A DNA stretch of 64,000 bases from Clostridia bacterium (GTDB taxonomy: Bacteria > Bacillota > Clostridia > TANB77 > CAG-508), in assembly GCA_017517685.1 (NCBI GenBank), contig JAFWYK010000003.1, positions 4,860-68,859 of the forward strand, written 5' to 3'. A program made the translations under genes and the position numbers. How positions within the stretch are numbered: the stretch's first letter is position 1; each line of letters opens with the position of its first letter. Of this stretch, positions 1 to 8,678 are shown piece by piece. Under the pieces are notes generated by a model that searched no databases, was not told the DNA's origin, and worked only from the letters and a program-made list of their open reading frames with translations.

Positions 1-2
1 TC

Positions 3-149
3 TTTGGACGTGAAGTGGAGACCCGTAAAAAGGTCAAAGCGGTAAAAGATCCGAAGAAAAAGAAAACCAAACAGAGAAAGAAGCCTGAAAAGAAAAGGCC
101 TCATAATTTTGGTGGACGAAACAAGAACAAAGGCTACAAGAAACATTAA
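3..149 (+). CDS. 3' end of an unidentified CDS with a Lys/Arg-rich C-terminal tail, truncated by the window edge
   Basis: Frame 3 is open from the window edge to TAA 147-149. Tail reads ...KKVKAVKDPKKKKTKQRKKPEKKRPHNFGGRNKNKGYKKH. Hand count of nt 1-60 gives 43% GC, unlike the AT-rich backbone. Confidence 0.4.
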   Translation, partial: FGREVETRKKVKAVKDPKKKKTKQRKKPEKKRPHNFGGRNKNKGYKKH

Positions 150-163
150 CAACCAAGCATCAA

Positions 164-195
164 GGGGCGAGGAACTATCCTCGCTCCTTCTTTAT
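164..195 (+). terminator. Rho-independent terminator
   Basis: GC-rich stem GGGGCGAGG (164-172) / CCTCGCTCC (179-187) with one mismatch and loop AACTAT, followed by a T-rich run. Confidence 0.6.
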
Positions 196-225
196 GCCAA
201 AACCCCTTATATATAAGTAATTTTA

Positions 226-254
226 TTGACTTTTTTTATATTTAGTAATATAAT
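226..254 (+). promoter_or_regulatory. SigA-type promoter
   Basis: TTGACT (226-231), 17-nt spacer, TATAAT (249-254), about 55 nt upstream of the HAD gene. Confidence 0.6.
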
Positions 255-309
255 TTTAGTGGTTAACATAATGGTAAAAATATGAAAAAATTATTGAAAA
301 GGATGAATT

Positions 310-903
310 ATGGTTATAGGGATTGATATAGATGATACAACTGTTGTTACAGTAGAATCAATGGTTAAATATGGAGATAAATATGATACTGAAGTTTTAA
401 ATCGAGAAGCTAAAAAAGATAATTTAGGTAGAATTAAAGATAGATATTATATGAAAGCGTTATATGGATGGACTGAAGAAGAAAAATTTGCATTCTTTGA
501 TATGTATTATAAAAATGTATTAGAAGAATGTTATCCACTTCCAAATGCTTCAGAAATAATAAATAAATTAAAACAAGAAGGAAACGAAATCATATTTATT
601 ACTGCAAGACTTACAAATATAAAGAATTGTGAAACAGAAAATATAACTAAAGAAACTTTTAGAAAATATAATATTCCTTATGATAAATTAATAATGAATG
701 TTGATGATAAGCTTAAGTTTTGCAAGGAAAATGATGTTGAAGTATTTATTGAAGATAGCTATGAAACATGTAAAAGTCTTCAAGAAAATGGAATTAAAGC
801 ATATTTAATGACAACAAAAATGAATAGAAACATTGTAGATGATAAAATAGAAAGAGTATCATCTTGGGATGAAGTATACGAAAAAATTACAAATTTAAAA
901 TAG
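310..903 (+). CDS. HAD-superfamily phosphatase / nucleotidase-like protein
   Basis: N-terminal DxDxT motif (GIDIDDTT); later IFITARL and FIEDS motifs typical of HAD motifs II-IV. Confidence 0.6.
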   Translation: MVIGIDIDDTTVVTVESMVKYGDKYDTEVLNREAKKDNLGRIKDRYYMKALYGWTEEEKFAFFDMYYKNVLEECYPLPNASEIINKLKQEGNEIIFITARLTNIKNCETENITKETFRKYNIPYDKLIMNVDDKLKFCKENDVEVFIEDSYETCKSLQENGIKAYLMTTKMNRNIVDDKIERVSSWDEVYEKITNLK

Positions 904-923
904 ATTAATAAAGGAAAAATTAA

Positions 924-1976
924 ATGGAAAATAGAAGAGTATTACTTGGAATGAGTGGTGGAGTAGATAGCTCTGTTGCTGCATTATTATTAAAAAATCA
1001 AGGATATGAAGTTGTAGGCACAACACTTGATTTATATTGTAAAGATGAAAGTCAAATGGAAAATACTGTATTAGATGCAAAATCTATGTGCGACCATTTA
1101 GGCTTAGAACATCATGCATATGATTTAAAAGAAGAATTTAAAACAAGAGTTATAAATGACTTTATTAATTGTTATGCAAATTGTAAAACTCCTAATCCAT
1201 GTATAGAATGTAATAAATATATGAAGTTTGGCGTAATGTTAAAAAAGGCACAAGAACTAAACTGCAACTTTATTGCGACAGGTCATTATGCAAAAACTGA
1301 ATATAGCGAGAAATACTCAAGATGGGTACTTAAAAAATCAAATGCTGGTAGAAAAGATCAAAGTTATGTTTTATGGAGTATTCCAAAAGAAATATTAGAA
1401 TTTATATTATTTCCACTTGCTGGATTTGAGACTAAAGATGAGATAAGAGCTATAGCAAAAAATAATGATTTAAATGTAGCATCAAAACCAGATAGTGAAG
1501 ATATTTGTTTTATACCAGATGGAAATTATAAGAAATTCTTAGAAGAAAATTCAAACATTAAACCAAAACAAGGAAATATTGTTAATAAAGATGGAAAAGT
1601 GATTGGAAAACATACAGGACTTTATAATTATACAATAGGCCAAAGAAAAGGACTTGGTATATCTAATCCAGTTCCACTATTTGTACTAGGATTTAATAGC
1701 GAAAAAAATGAAGTAATAGTAGGTGAAGAATCTGAGCTTTATACAAAAGAAATAGAAGTAGAAAACATTAATCTATTATTATTTGATGAAATAAATGACT
1801 GGATGGAAGTTAATGTTAAAACAAGATATTCAGCAAAAGAGGCAAAAGCAGAGATTAAACAATTTGGAAATAAAATTAAAGTTGTATTTAACGAGCCTCA
1901 ACGAGCTGTAACACCAGGACAATCAGCAGTATTTTATATTGATGATATAGTAGTTGGTGGTGGAAAAATTATTTAG
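924..1976 (+). CDS. mnmA: tRNA-specific 2-thiouridylase MnmA
   Basis: PP-loop MSGGVDSSVAA and catalytic Cys context NPCIECNKYMKF; length of 350 aa fits MnmA. Confidence 0.9.
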   Translation: MENRRVLLGMSGGVDSSVAALLLKNQGYEVVGTTLDLYCKDESQMENTVLDAKSMCDHLGLEHHAYDLKEEFKTRVINDFINCYANCKTPNPCIECNKYMKFGVMLKKAQELNCNFIATGHYAKTEYSEKYSRWVLKKSNAGRKDQSYVLWSIPKEILEFILFPLAGFETKDEIRAIAKNNDLNVASKPDSEDICFIPDGNYKKFLEENSNIKPKQGNIVNKDGKVIGKHTGLYNYTIGQRKGLGISNPVPLFVLGFNSEKNEVIVGEESELYTKEIEVENINLLLFDEINDWMEVNVKTRYSAKEAKAEIKQFGNKIKVVFNEPQRAVTPGQSAVFYIDDIVVGGGKII

Positions 1977-1984
1977 GAGAAAAG

Positions 1985-2827
1985 ATGAAAAGTAGTGAAG
2001 AAATAACAAAATCTATAACTAAAAGATTTCGTAAAGAAATTTGGAAGATGTTTGTTAAAGGTATATCTGAATATGAAATGATTTCAGACGGTGATAAAAT
2101 TGCTGTCTGTATTTCAGGTGGAAAAGATTCTATGCTAATGGCTAAATGTTTCCAAGAGATTCAAAAACATCAAAAGATGCATTTTGATTTAGAGTTTATA
2201 GTAATGAATCCGGGATACAATGAAGAAAATAAGCAAAAGATTATAGATAATAGTAAGTTATTAGATATTCCAATTACAATGTTTGAAACTGATATATTTA
2301 GTAGAGTAGTTAATATAGAAAACAATCCTTGCTATTTATGTGCAAGAATGAGACGTGGACATCTTTATGAAAAAGCAAAAGAACTTGGATGTAATAAAAT
2401 TGCATTAGGTCATCACTTTAATGATGTTATAGAAACAATTTTAATGGGGATGTTTTATGGCTCACAAATGCAAACAATGATGCCAAAAGTTTGTAGTACA
2501 TCACATCCAGGAATGGAACTAATAAGACCACTATATTTTGTTAGAGAAGAAGATATTATAGCTTGGAGTAAATATAACGATTTAGAATTTATTCAATGTG
2601 CATGTAAATTTACAGAAAAGTATGCACTAAGTAAAAATCCTGGTGAAGTTTCAAAAAGAGAAGAAATGAAAACTTTAATTAGAGAAATGAAAAAAGGATA
2701 TGATAAAATAGATATAAATATTTTTAATAGTGTACAAAACGTTAATTTAGATACAATTATTTCTTATCGAAAAGGAGATAAGTTCACTCATTTTCTAGAT
2801 GATTATGGAAGTAAGAAAGAAGAATAA
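1985..2827 (+). CDS. ttcA: TtcA-family PP-loop ATPase (tRNA thiolation)
   Basis: SGGKDS PP-loop, CYLCARMRRGHLY and GHHFNDVIETILM motifs. Confidence 0.7.
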   Translation: MKSSEEITKSITKRFRKEIWKMFVKGISEYEMISDGDKIAVCISGGKDSMLMAKCFQEIQKHQKMHFDLEFIVMNPGYNEENKQKIIDNSKLLDIPITMFETDIFSRVVNIENNPCYLCARMRRGHLYEKAKELGCNKIALGHHFNDVIETILMGMFYGSQMQTMMPKVCSTSHPGMELIRPLYFVREEDIIAWSKYNDLEFIQCACKFTEKYALSKNPGEVSKREEMKTLIREMKKGYDKIDINIFNSVQNVNLDTIISYRKGDKFTHFLDDYGSKKEE

Positions 2828-2839
2828 GAAGAGGTGTAA

Positions 2840-5515
2840 ATGCGCATGAAAAAAGTCAAATTTGATGTTTTCGGTATGACATGTTCAAGCTGCCAAGCTC
2901 ATGTAGATAAAGCAGTAAAAAATTTAGATGGTGTAAAAACAGTTAATGTTAATTTGTTATCAAATGAAATGGTAGTTGAGTTTGATGAAAATAAACTTCT
3001 TGATGCTGATATTATAAAAGCAGTAGTAGATGCTGGATATAATGCTGAAGTTAAAAAGAAAAAAGAAAATAAGAAAATAGATAATGCTTTAAAAAATATG
3101 AAGAAAAGACTTATAGTTTCTTTTATGTTTTTAATTCCACTTATGTATATAGCAATGCACCAAATGTTAAATGAAATGTTTGCTATTTCAGTACCTGAAT
3201 TTATAAAAAATGTATTTTCAGGAACAGAAAATGCACTTAATTTTGCGATAGCACAAATCATTCTTTTAATACCAATAGTGTATTTAAATAAATCATATTT
3301 TATAGTTGGATTTAAAAGATTATTTAAATTATCACCTAATATGGATTCACTTATTTCGCTTGGAAGCACAGCGTCAATTGTATATGGCTTTGTAGCAATT
3401 ACAATGATGATAAAAGGATTTAATAGTGGCGATTTAAATTTAGTAGCTAAATATTCAAAAGATATATATTTTGAATCAGCAGGAACAATTCTTACATTAA
3501 TAACACTTGGTAAATATTTAGAGACAAAATCTAAAGGTAGAACAAGTGAAGCAATTAGTAAACTTATAAACTTAGCACCAAAGACAGCAACAGTAATCGT
3601 TGACGGAAAAGAACTAGAGGTTAAGCTAGAAGATATAAAATATAATGATGTGCTTTTAATTAAACCTGGAGAATCAATTCCAGTAGATGGGTTAGTTATA
3701 GAAGGAAAAACATCAATTGATCAATCAAGTATTACAGGTGAATCAATTCCAGTTGAGAAAAAGTTTGGAGATAAAGTTATCTCTGGTACAATAAATAAAA
3801 ATGGCTCAATAAAAATTAGAGCAGATAAAGTTGGAGAGGATACAACTCTTTCACAAATTATAAAACTTGTTGAAGAAGCAAGTAATTCAAAAGCACCAAT
3901 ATCAAAAATAGCAGATAAGGTAAGTGGAGTATTTGTTCCAGTTGTTATATTAATTTCATTAATAACTTTAATTGTATGGCTTATTTTAGGACAAACTGCT
4001 GAATTTGCAATAACATGTGCAATAGCAGTCTTAGTAATATCTTGTCCATGTGCACTAGGACTTGCAACACCAGTTGCTATTATGGTTGGAACTGGAAAAG
4101 GTGCTGAAAATGGTATTTTAATTAAAGATGCAGAAAGTTTAGAAATGCTTCATAATATAGATACTGTTGTGCTTGATAAAACAGGTACTATTACAGAAGG
4201 TAAGCCAAAAGTTGTAGATATAATTACAAGTCAAAGTACTATTGGAAGTAACTTAAAAAATGTAAAAGTAATTAGAAATAAAAATAATGATTTAAAAGTT
4301 GAAAATGAACTTCTAAAAATAGCAGCAAGCTTAGAGAAAAAATCAGAACATCCACTGGCTGATGCAATACTTGAAAAGGCAAAAGAAAGAAATATTAAAC
4401 TATTAGATGTAACAAATTTTGAAGCAGTATCTGGAAGAGGTATTAAAGCTAAAATAGATAGTATAGAATACTTTGCTGGAAATATCGCTTTCATGAATGA
4501 AAATGATATTGACACTAGTATAGTAAAAGTAAAATCAGAAGCGCTTTCAAACGAAGGAAAAACATCTTTATATTTTGCTAAAGAAAATACTCTAATAGGA
4601 GTTATTGCTGTAGCAGATACATTAAAGCCAACTAGTATAGATGCAATAAAATCACTTCAAAATCAAAAGTTAGATGTAATCATGCTAACTGGTGATAATA
4701 AATTAACTGCTGAAGTTATAGCAGGTGCTATAGGCATTAAGAAAGTAATTTCAGAAGTTATGCCACAAGATAAAGAAAAAGAAGTTTCTAAACTTCAAAA
4801 AGAAGGTAAGAAAGTTGCTTTTGTAGGAGACGGAATTAATGATTCGCCAGCACTGGTTAGAGCAGATGTTGGTATAGCAATTGGATCAGGAACTGATATT
4901 GCAATTGAGTCAGCAGATATTGTATTAATGAAAGATGATTTATATGATGTTGATACTGCTATAAGATTAAGCAAAGCAACAATTAATAATATTAAAATGA
5001 ATTTATTTTGGGCATTTTTCTATAATATGATAGGTATTCCAGTTGCAGCAGGAGTATTTTACTTAAGTTTTGGATTAAAACTAAATCCTATGATAGGAGC
5101 AGCTGCAATGAGTTTTAGTTCAGTATGTGTTGTAACAAATGCATTAAGACTTAGAAAATTTAAAGGTAAAAATAAAGTAAAACAAATTGAAAATATAAAT
5201 GATAATAATTATAATTGTAGTAGTGATATGTGCAGCATAGAAAACGCTGAAAAAACAGAAAAAGAAGAAGCCTATGAAGAGTTAAATAAAGGAGATAAAG
5301 AAAATATGAAGATAATAGTAATTAATGGCATGGCTTGTAACCACTGCAAGATGACTGTAGAAAAAGTATTAGGTGCAATTGAAGGTGTTAAAAAAGCAGA
5401 AGTAAACTTAGAAGAAAAAGTAGCAAAAGTTACATTTATAAAAGAGGTTGAAAATGATGTATTAAAATCAGTTGTTGAAGAGGCTGGTTTTGAAGTAGTT
5501 GAAATTAAGGAGTAA
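2840..5515 (+). CDS. copA: Copper-translocating P1B-type ATPase with N- and C-terminal heavy-metal-binding domains
   Basis: HMA GMTCSSCQ at the N-terminus; SCPCALGLATP (CPC), DKTGT and GDGINDSPAL motifs; second HMA GMACNHCK in the last ~70 aa. The true start may be ATG 2846. Confidence 0.9.
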   Translation: MRMKKVKFDVFGMTCSSCQAHVDKAVKNLDGVKTVNVNLLSNEMVVEFDENKLLDADIIKAVVDAGYNAEVKKKKENKKIDNALKNMKKRLIVSFMFLIPLMYIAMHQMLNEMFAISVPEFIKNVFSGTENALNFAIAQIILLIPIVYLNKSYFIVGFKRLFKLSPNMDSLISLGSTASIVYGFVAITMMIKGFNSGDLNLVAKYSKDIYFESAGTILTLITLGKYLETKSKGRTSEAISKLINLAPKTATVIVDGKELEVKLEDIKYNDVLLIKPGESIPVDGLVIEGKTSIDQSSITGESIPVEKKFGDKVISGTINKNGSIKIRADKVGEDTTLSQIIKLVEEASNSKAPISKIADKVSGVFVPVVILISLITLIVWLILGQTAEFAITCAIAVLVISCPCALGLATPVAIMVGTGKGAENGILIKDAESLEMLHNIDTVVLDKTGTITEGKPKVVDIITSQSTIGSNLKNVKVIRNKNNDLKVENELLKIAASLEKKSEHPLADAILEKAKERNIKLLDVTNFEAVSGRGIKAKIDSIEYFAGNIAFMNENDIDTSIVKVKSEALSNEGKTSLYFAKENTLIGVIAVADTLKPTSIDAIKSLQNQKLDVIMLTGDNKLTAEVIAGAIGIKKVISEVMPQDKEKEVSKLQKEGKKVAFVGDGINDSPALVRADVGIAIGSGTDIAIESADIVLMKDDLYDVDTAIRLSKATINNIKMNLFWAFFYNMIGIPVAAGVFYLSFGLKLNPMIGAAAMSFSSVCVVTNALRLRKFKGKNKVKQIENINDNNYNCSSDMCSIENAEKTEKEEAYEELNKGDKENMKIIVINGMACNHCKMTVEKVLGAIEGVKKAEVNLEEKVAKVTFIKEVENDVLKSVVEEAGFEVVEIKE

Positions 5516-5517
5516 AA

Positions 5518-6222
5518 ATGGAAAATCAATTTTCTAGAACAGAATTAGTAATTGGTAAAGAAGCTTTAGAAATGTTAAAGAACGCAAAAGTTGCAGTTTT
5601 TGGCGTTGGTGGAGTAGGCTCATATGTAGTTGAAGGTTTAGCAAGAGCTGGAATAGGTTCATTTATTATTGTAGATAATGATGAAGTAAGTATATCTAAT
5701 ATTAATAGACAATTAATTGCAACTCATAAAACAGTAGGGAGACCTAAAGTAGAAGTTGTAAAAGAAAGAATACTTGATATTAATCCAGATGCTAAAGTAG
5801 AAATATTTAAAGAATTCTTTATGCCAGATACAAAAGATTTATTTGATGAGACTTGTAGTTATGTAGTTGATGCAATTGATACTGTTACAGCAAAAATTGA
5901 TTTAATCCAAAGGGCAAAAAGATTAAATGTTCCGATAATATCATGTATGGGAACAGGAAATAAACTTGATCCAACAAGATTTGAAATTACAGATATTAAT
6001 AAAACTTCAGTATGTCCACTAGCTAAAGTTATGAGAAAAGAATTAAAACAAAGAGGAATAAAAAAGGTAAAAGTTTTATATTCTAAAGAAGAACCAATTA
6101 AACTTGAGGCAAAAGAGGGAGAAAGAAGAGTACCAGGAAGTGTATCTTTTGTACCATCTGTTGCAGGTTTAATAATTGCTGGAGAAGTAATTAAAGATAT
6201 AATTAATAAAAATAATAATTAA
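5518..6222 (+). CDS. tcdA: ThiF/MoeB-family tRNA threonylcarbamoyladenosine dehydratase
   Basis: Rossmann motif VFGVGGVGSY...IVDNDEVSISNINRQ; size of 234 aa; AAGGAG RBS overlaps the copA stop. Confidence 0.75.
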   Translation: MENQFSRTELVIGKEALEMLKNAKVAVFGVGGVGSYVVEGLARAGIGSFIIVDNDEVSISNINRQLIATHKTVGRPKVEVVKERILDINPDAKVEIFKEFFMPDTKDLFDETCSYVVDAIDTVTAKIDLIQRAKRLNVPIISCMGTGNKLDPTRFEITDINKTSVCPLAKVMRKELKQRGIKKVKVLYSKEEPIKLEAKEGERRVPGSVSFVPSVAGLIIAGEVIKDIINKNNN

Positions 6223-6252
6223 AGTTAAATAAAAAATATGAATAAAAGAAGA

Positions 6253-6287
6253 AGCCAGTCAAGGGATATCCCAAGACTGGCTTTTTG
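6253..6287. terminator. Bidirectional GC-rich hairpin terminator
   Basis: Stem AGCCAGTC (6253-6260) / GACTGGCT (6275-6282) around the palindrome GGGATATCCC. T-run on the + strand and T-rich on the - strand. Lies between the convergent tcdA and the - strand AAA-M41 gene. Confidence 0.65.
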
Positions 6288-6307
6288 CGATTGCAAATTG
6301 TTGCTAG

Positions 6308-8491
6308 TTACTTATGGTCTCGTTTGGCTACGGTTTCTTTCCAAACTTTGTCCAAATCCTTTTCACTCATGATGCGATGTTTGAGAAGTGCTTCAACGAT
6401 GGCTTCAAGAACATCTCGGTTTTCTTCGAGAATTTGAGACGCACGTTCTTCAGCTTTCTTAACAAGCTTATTGACTTCTTCGTTGAGAGAGTCAATTACT
6501 TTTTCGGAATAGTTCGTGCTGTCACACTCATGGAGATATGCCCTGTTAGGACAATCATCACTAACCATGGCAAGTTTGCTTACGACGTAGTTCGCAACTC
6601 GGGTTGTAGTACGCAGGTCTGCACTCGCACCGCTAGTATAAACTTTGCGGAAGAGTTTTTCTGCCATACGTCCACCGAGGTGAAGTGCCAGATCATCGAT
6701 GTAGTAGTCAATGCTACAGAAAGGAACGACAGTGTCGTCATCTTCGTAGACAGTGACGCCGAGGTAATCCTCAGCAGGCATGATAGAAACAGCTTGCCAA
6801 ATATAGCGAGTGAGTCTACCAGATGCTTTACCAACGATGTAGTGGCCGGCCTCATGATAAGCAACCTCTTTGCGAGATTCGTCACTCATCTTATCCCACA
6901 TCTCAAAGAAAATGTCGAAAGTTCTGAGAATACAGGTCTTATCGACTTTCTTTTTGCCATGACGCTTAGCATATACCATTGCTCTATCAATCAGATCCAG
7001 AGTCTTGTCCGGATTCTTCTTCTCAAAAGCAAAGCAGCCTGCAATCATAACAGCGTAAGTAACCATATCGCGAGAAATAGTTACCTTGTGGAATTTAGAG
7101 AGTACCGCGATCTTGTTTTTGATCATCGGATATACTTTGTTTGCCAAAGGTTCTTTGACAACGACTTTTTCGAAACGTCTCGAAAGAGCGCCGTCACGCT
7201 GGAAGTACTTTTCGTATTCTTCCTGAGTGGTTGCACCAAGAACGATAGTATCGCCTCGGGCAAGGATCGGTTTGAGTGCATTTGCAAGATCCATTTCGCC
7301 TTCAAAGCAGGATCCAGCACCTAAAATGGTGTGAACTTCATCGATAAACAGAATGATATCATCATTATCCTGGAGGAACTGAATCAAATCTTTGATACGT
7401 TCTTCTGCGTCGCCGCGGTAGGATGTACCAGCGATCAGCGCGTTAACGTCAAGAACGACCATTTTGTGTTTCTTGAATTCAGGCGGACATTTGCCGCTAA
7501 CGATATCATAAGTCAGTTTTTCAATCAGTGCAGATTTACCTACACCGGGTTCACCGACGATGACCGCGTTACGTTTGTTTTTCTTGAGCATAATATTCCA
7601 AAGAATATCAGCCTCTTTGTCTCGACAGAGAATCTCACAAGGAGCTTTACCATCGATTTTTTCATTGAGTGTACTCAAGAATCCAGCAAGCTGGAACGGA
7701 ATTACTCCGTAAACGAGAATGCGATCAGGGTGGAAGTGCTTTTTAGCATCATCATAGTTACAACTGAGTACGCAGAAGAAATCGATGAAATCATCGTCAT
7801 CGGTCATGAACATAGCCGAAATGAAATGTAACGGCTCGATTTCAGTAATACCGAATTTTGCGATAATCTTAAACAATTCTTCGATAACTTTCTCAACGGC
7901 AGGATCAACCGGTACAACCAGTTCTTTTCCTTCGTGATCAGTAAACGTAATCAGAGTGACGATGTCGGGGATATCCTCGTCGGACTCATCAGAATCGGCA
8001 TCGGATTCATTATCTTTGCCTTTTTCAGATTCATCCAGAAGTTCTTCAACAGATACTTCTCCAGGAATTTCCTCAAGCTCTTCGCCAGAGTCTGTAGCAA
8101 TTTTCTTGCTGGGGTCATTGGCATCTGTCTGCTCACTGGTAGTAGTAGGTGCTGCTTCAGAAGCATCAGCTTCTTTTGCTTCAACCTTACCAGGTTCAGA
8201 TTTGCCGTCTTCGGGTTTGCCAGATGCATCTTCAGTTTTCTTCTTGGGCTCAGAATCACCAAATATGTCTGAGATTGCGTCTTCGATCTCCTTGGGAGTC
8301 ACACAATCATCAAGACCAAAAAGGTAATTTTCAAGAGCACTATATACGGAGCCTTCATCGCTCGTATCTACTGCGCCCCAGAGCAGAAGAGGAAAATTAA
8401 CCGAAGATAACTTCCGGTTTTGCATTTCTTCCAGAATGCTTTTAAACATTTCACTGGAAGCTGCAGATAACTTTTGCTCAAAATTTGCCAT
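6308..8491 (-). CDS. Soluble Clp-N / Clp-Hsp100 D1-type AAA+ ATPase fused to a C-terminal FtsH-like M41 zinc-peptidase domain
   Basis: - Two Clp_N-like repeats split by a ~110-aa acidic low-complexity insert.
- Walker A GEPGVGKSALIEKL, Walker B ILFIDEVHTILGAG, and Clp-D1 signature GDTIVLGATTQEEYEKYFQRDGALSRRFEKV.
- C-terminal HEAGHYIVG plus LGGRMAEKLF...SGASADL, as in FtsH peptidase M41.
- No TM segment.
- 40-43% GC in spot counts. Confidence 0.8.
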   Translation of the reverse strand: MANFEQKLSAASSEMFKSILEEMQNRKLSSVNFPLLLWGAVDTSDEGSVYSALENYLFGLDDCVTPKEIEDAISDIFGDSEPKKKTEDASGKPEDGKSEPGKVEAKEADASEAAPTTTSEQTDANDPSKKIATDSGEELEEIPGEVSVEELLDESEKGKDNESDADSDESDEDIPDIVTLITFTDHEGKELVVPVDPAVEKVIEELFKIIAKFGITEIEPLHFISAMFMTDDDDFIDFFCVLSCNYDDAKKHFHPDRILVYGVIPFQLAGFLSTLNEKIDGKAPCEILCRDKEADILWNIMLKKNKRNAVIVGEPGVGKSALIEKLTYDIVSGKCPPEFKKHKMVVLDVNALIAGTSYRGDAEERIKDLIQFLQDNDDIILFIDEVHTILGAGSCFEGEMDLANALKPILARGDTIVLGATTQEEYEKYFQRDGALSRRFEKVVVKEPLANKVYPMIKNKIAVLSKFHKVTISRDMVTYAVMIAGCFAFEKKNPDKTLDLIDRAMVYAKRHGKKKVDKTCILRTFDIFFEMWDKMSDESRKEVAYHEAGHYIVGKASGRLTRYIWQAVSIMPAEDYLGVTVYEDDDTVVPFCSIDYYIDDLALHLGGRMAEKLFRKVYTSGASADLRTTTRVANYVVSKLAMVSDDCPNRAYLHECDSTNYSEKVIDSLNEEVNKLVKKAEERASQILEENRDVLEAIVEALLKHRIMSEKDLDKVWKETVAKRDHK

Positions 8492-8539
8492 AAGAATCGC
8501 CTCCTTAAATGCCTATAATATAGGTTTTTTGGCTTTTAT

Positions 8540-8568
8540 ATTATAATACGGTTTTGGTGTTATGTCAA
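8540..8568 (-). promoter_or_regulatory. Perfect-consensus SigA-type promoter for the AAA-M41 gene
   Basis: The - strand reads TTGACA (8568-8563), 17-nt spacer, TATAAT (8545-8540). Downstream lie the palindrome CCTATAATATAGG (8512-8524) and an AAGGAGG RBS before ATG 8491. Confidence 0.65.
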
Positions 8569-8609
8569 TTAAAATGCCGAAAAAAGTTAGAAATAAAGCG
8601 TTTCTTTTA

Positions 8610-8638
8610 TTGATTTTTAGATATATTTATAATATAAT
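8610..8638 (+). promoter_or_regulatory. SigA-type promoter
   Basis: TTGATT (8610-8615), 17-nt spacer, TATAAT (8633-8638), upstream of the CNNM gene. Confidence 0.6.
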
Positions 8639-8678
8639 CACAAATATAATAGAATAGTTATGGAGGAACATTTTAAAT

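Noticed and set aside
895-1080. Short - strand or overlapping track ORFs in AT-rich regions (895-1080, 11892-12263, 12157-12351, 12771-12962, 32767-32952, 48909-49103, 62104-62328 and others).
   Set aside because: They overlap better-supported genes or promoter regions, lack RBSs, and have Ile/Phe/Leu/Asn-rich translations typical of random AT-rich frames.
2899-5529. - strand ORFs inside copA (2899-3369, 4231-4515, 5272-5529), and similar antisense ORFs inside other long genes (9068-9463, 21370-21615, 22041-22346, 23511-23828, 42869-43228 and others).
   Set aside because: They have low-complexity Ser/Phe/Ile-rich translations typical of the antisense of AT-rich coding DNA. They have no RBS and are fully embedded in strongly supported genes.
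6314-8400. Several long + strand ORFs from the track (6314-7324, 7331-7831, 7934-8272, 7956-8327, 8149-8400).
   Set aside because: They lie antisense to the well-supported 727-aa AAA-M41 gene and lack RBSs and recognisable motifs. Long shadow ORFs are expected in a GC-richer segment. The Ser-rich 7956-8327 product mirrors the acidic insert on the other strand.
6287-8500. An inverted repeat flanking the AAA-M41 gene, analogous to the one at 56.1/56.6 kb.
   Set aside because: Only a 6-bp match (GCGATT / AATCGC) was found between the 3' and 5' flanks, which is well within chance.
6222-8598. Direct repeats AAAGTTAAATAAA (about 6222) and AAAGTTAGAAATAAA (about 8584) as target-site duplications of the GC-rich insert.
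   Set aside because: They are imperfect and made of low-complexity A/T sequence that is abundant in this genome, so they are not convincing as a duplication.
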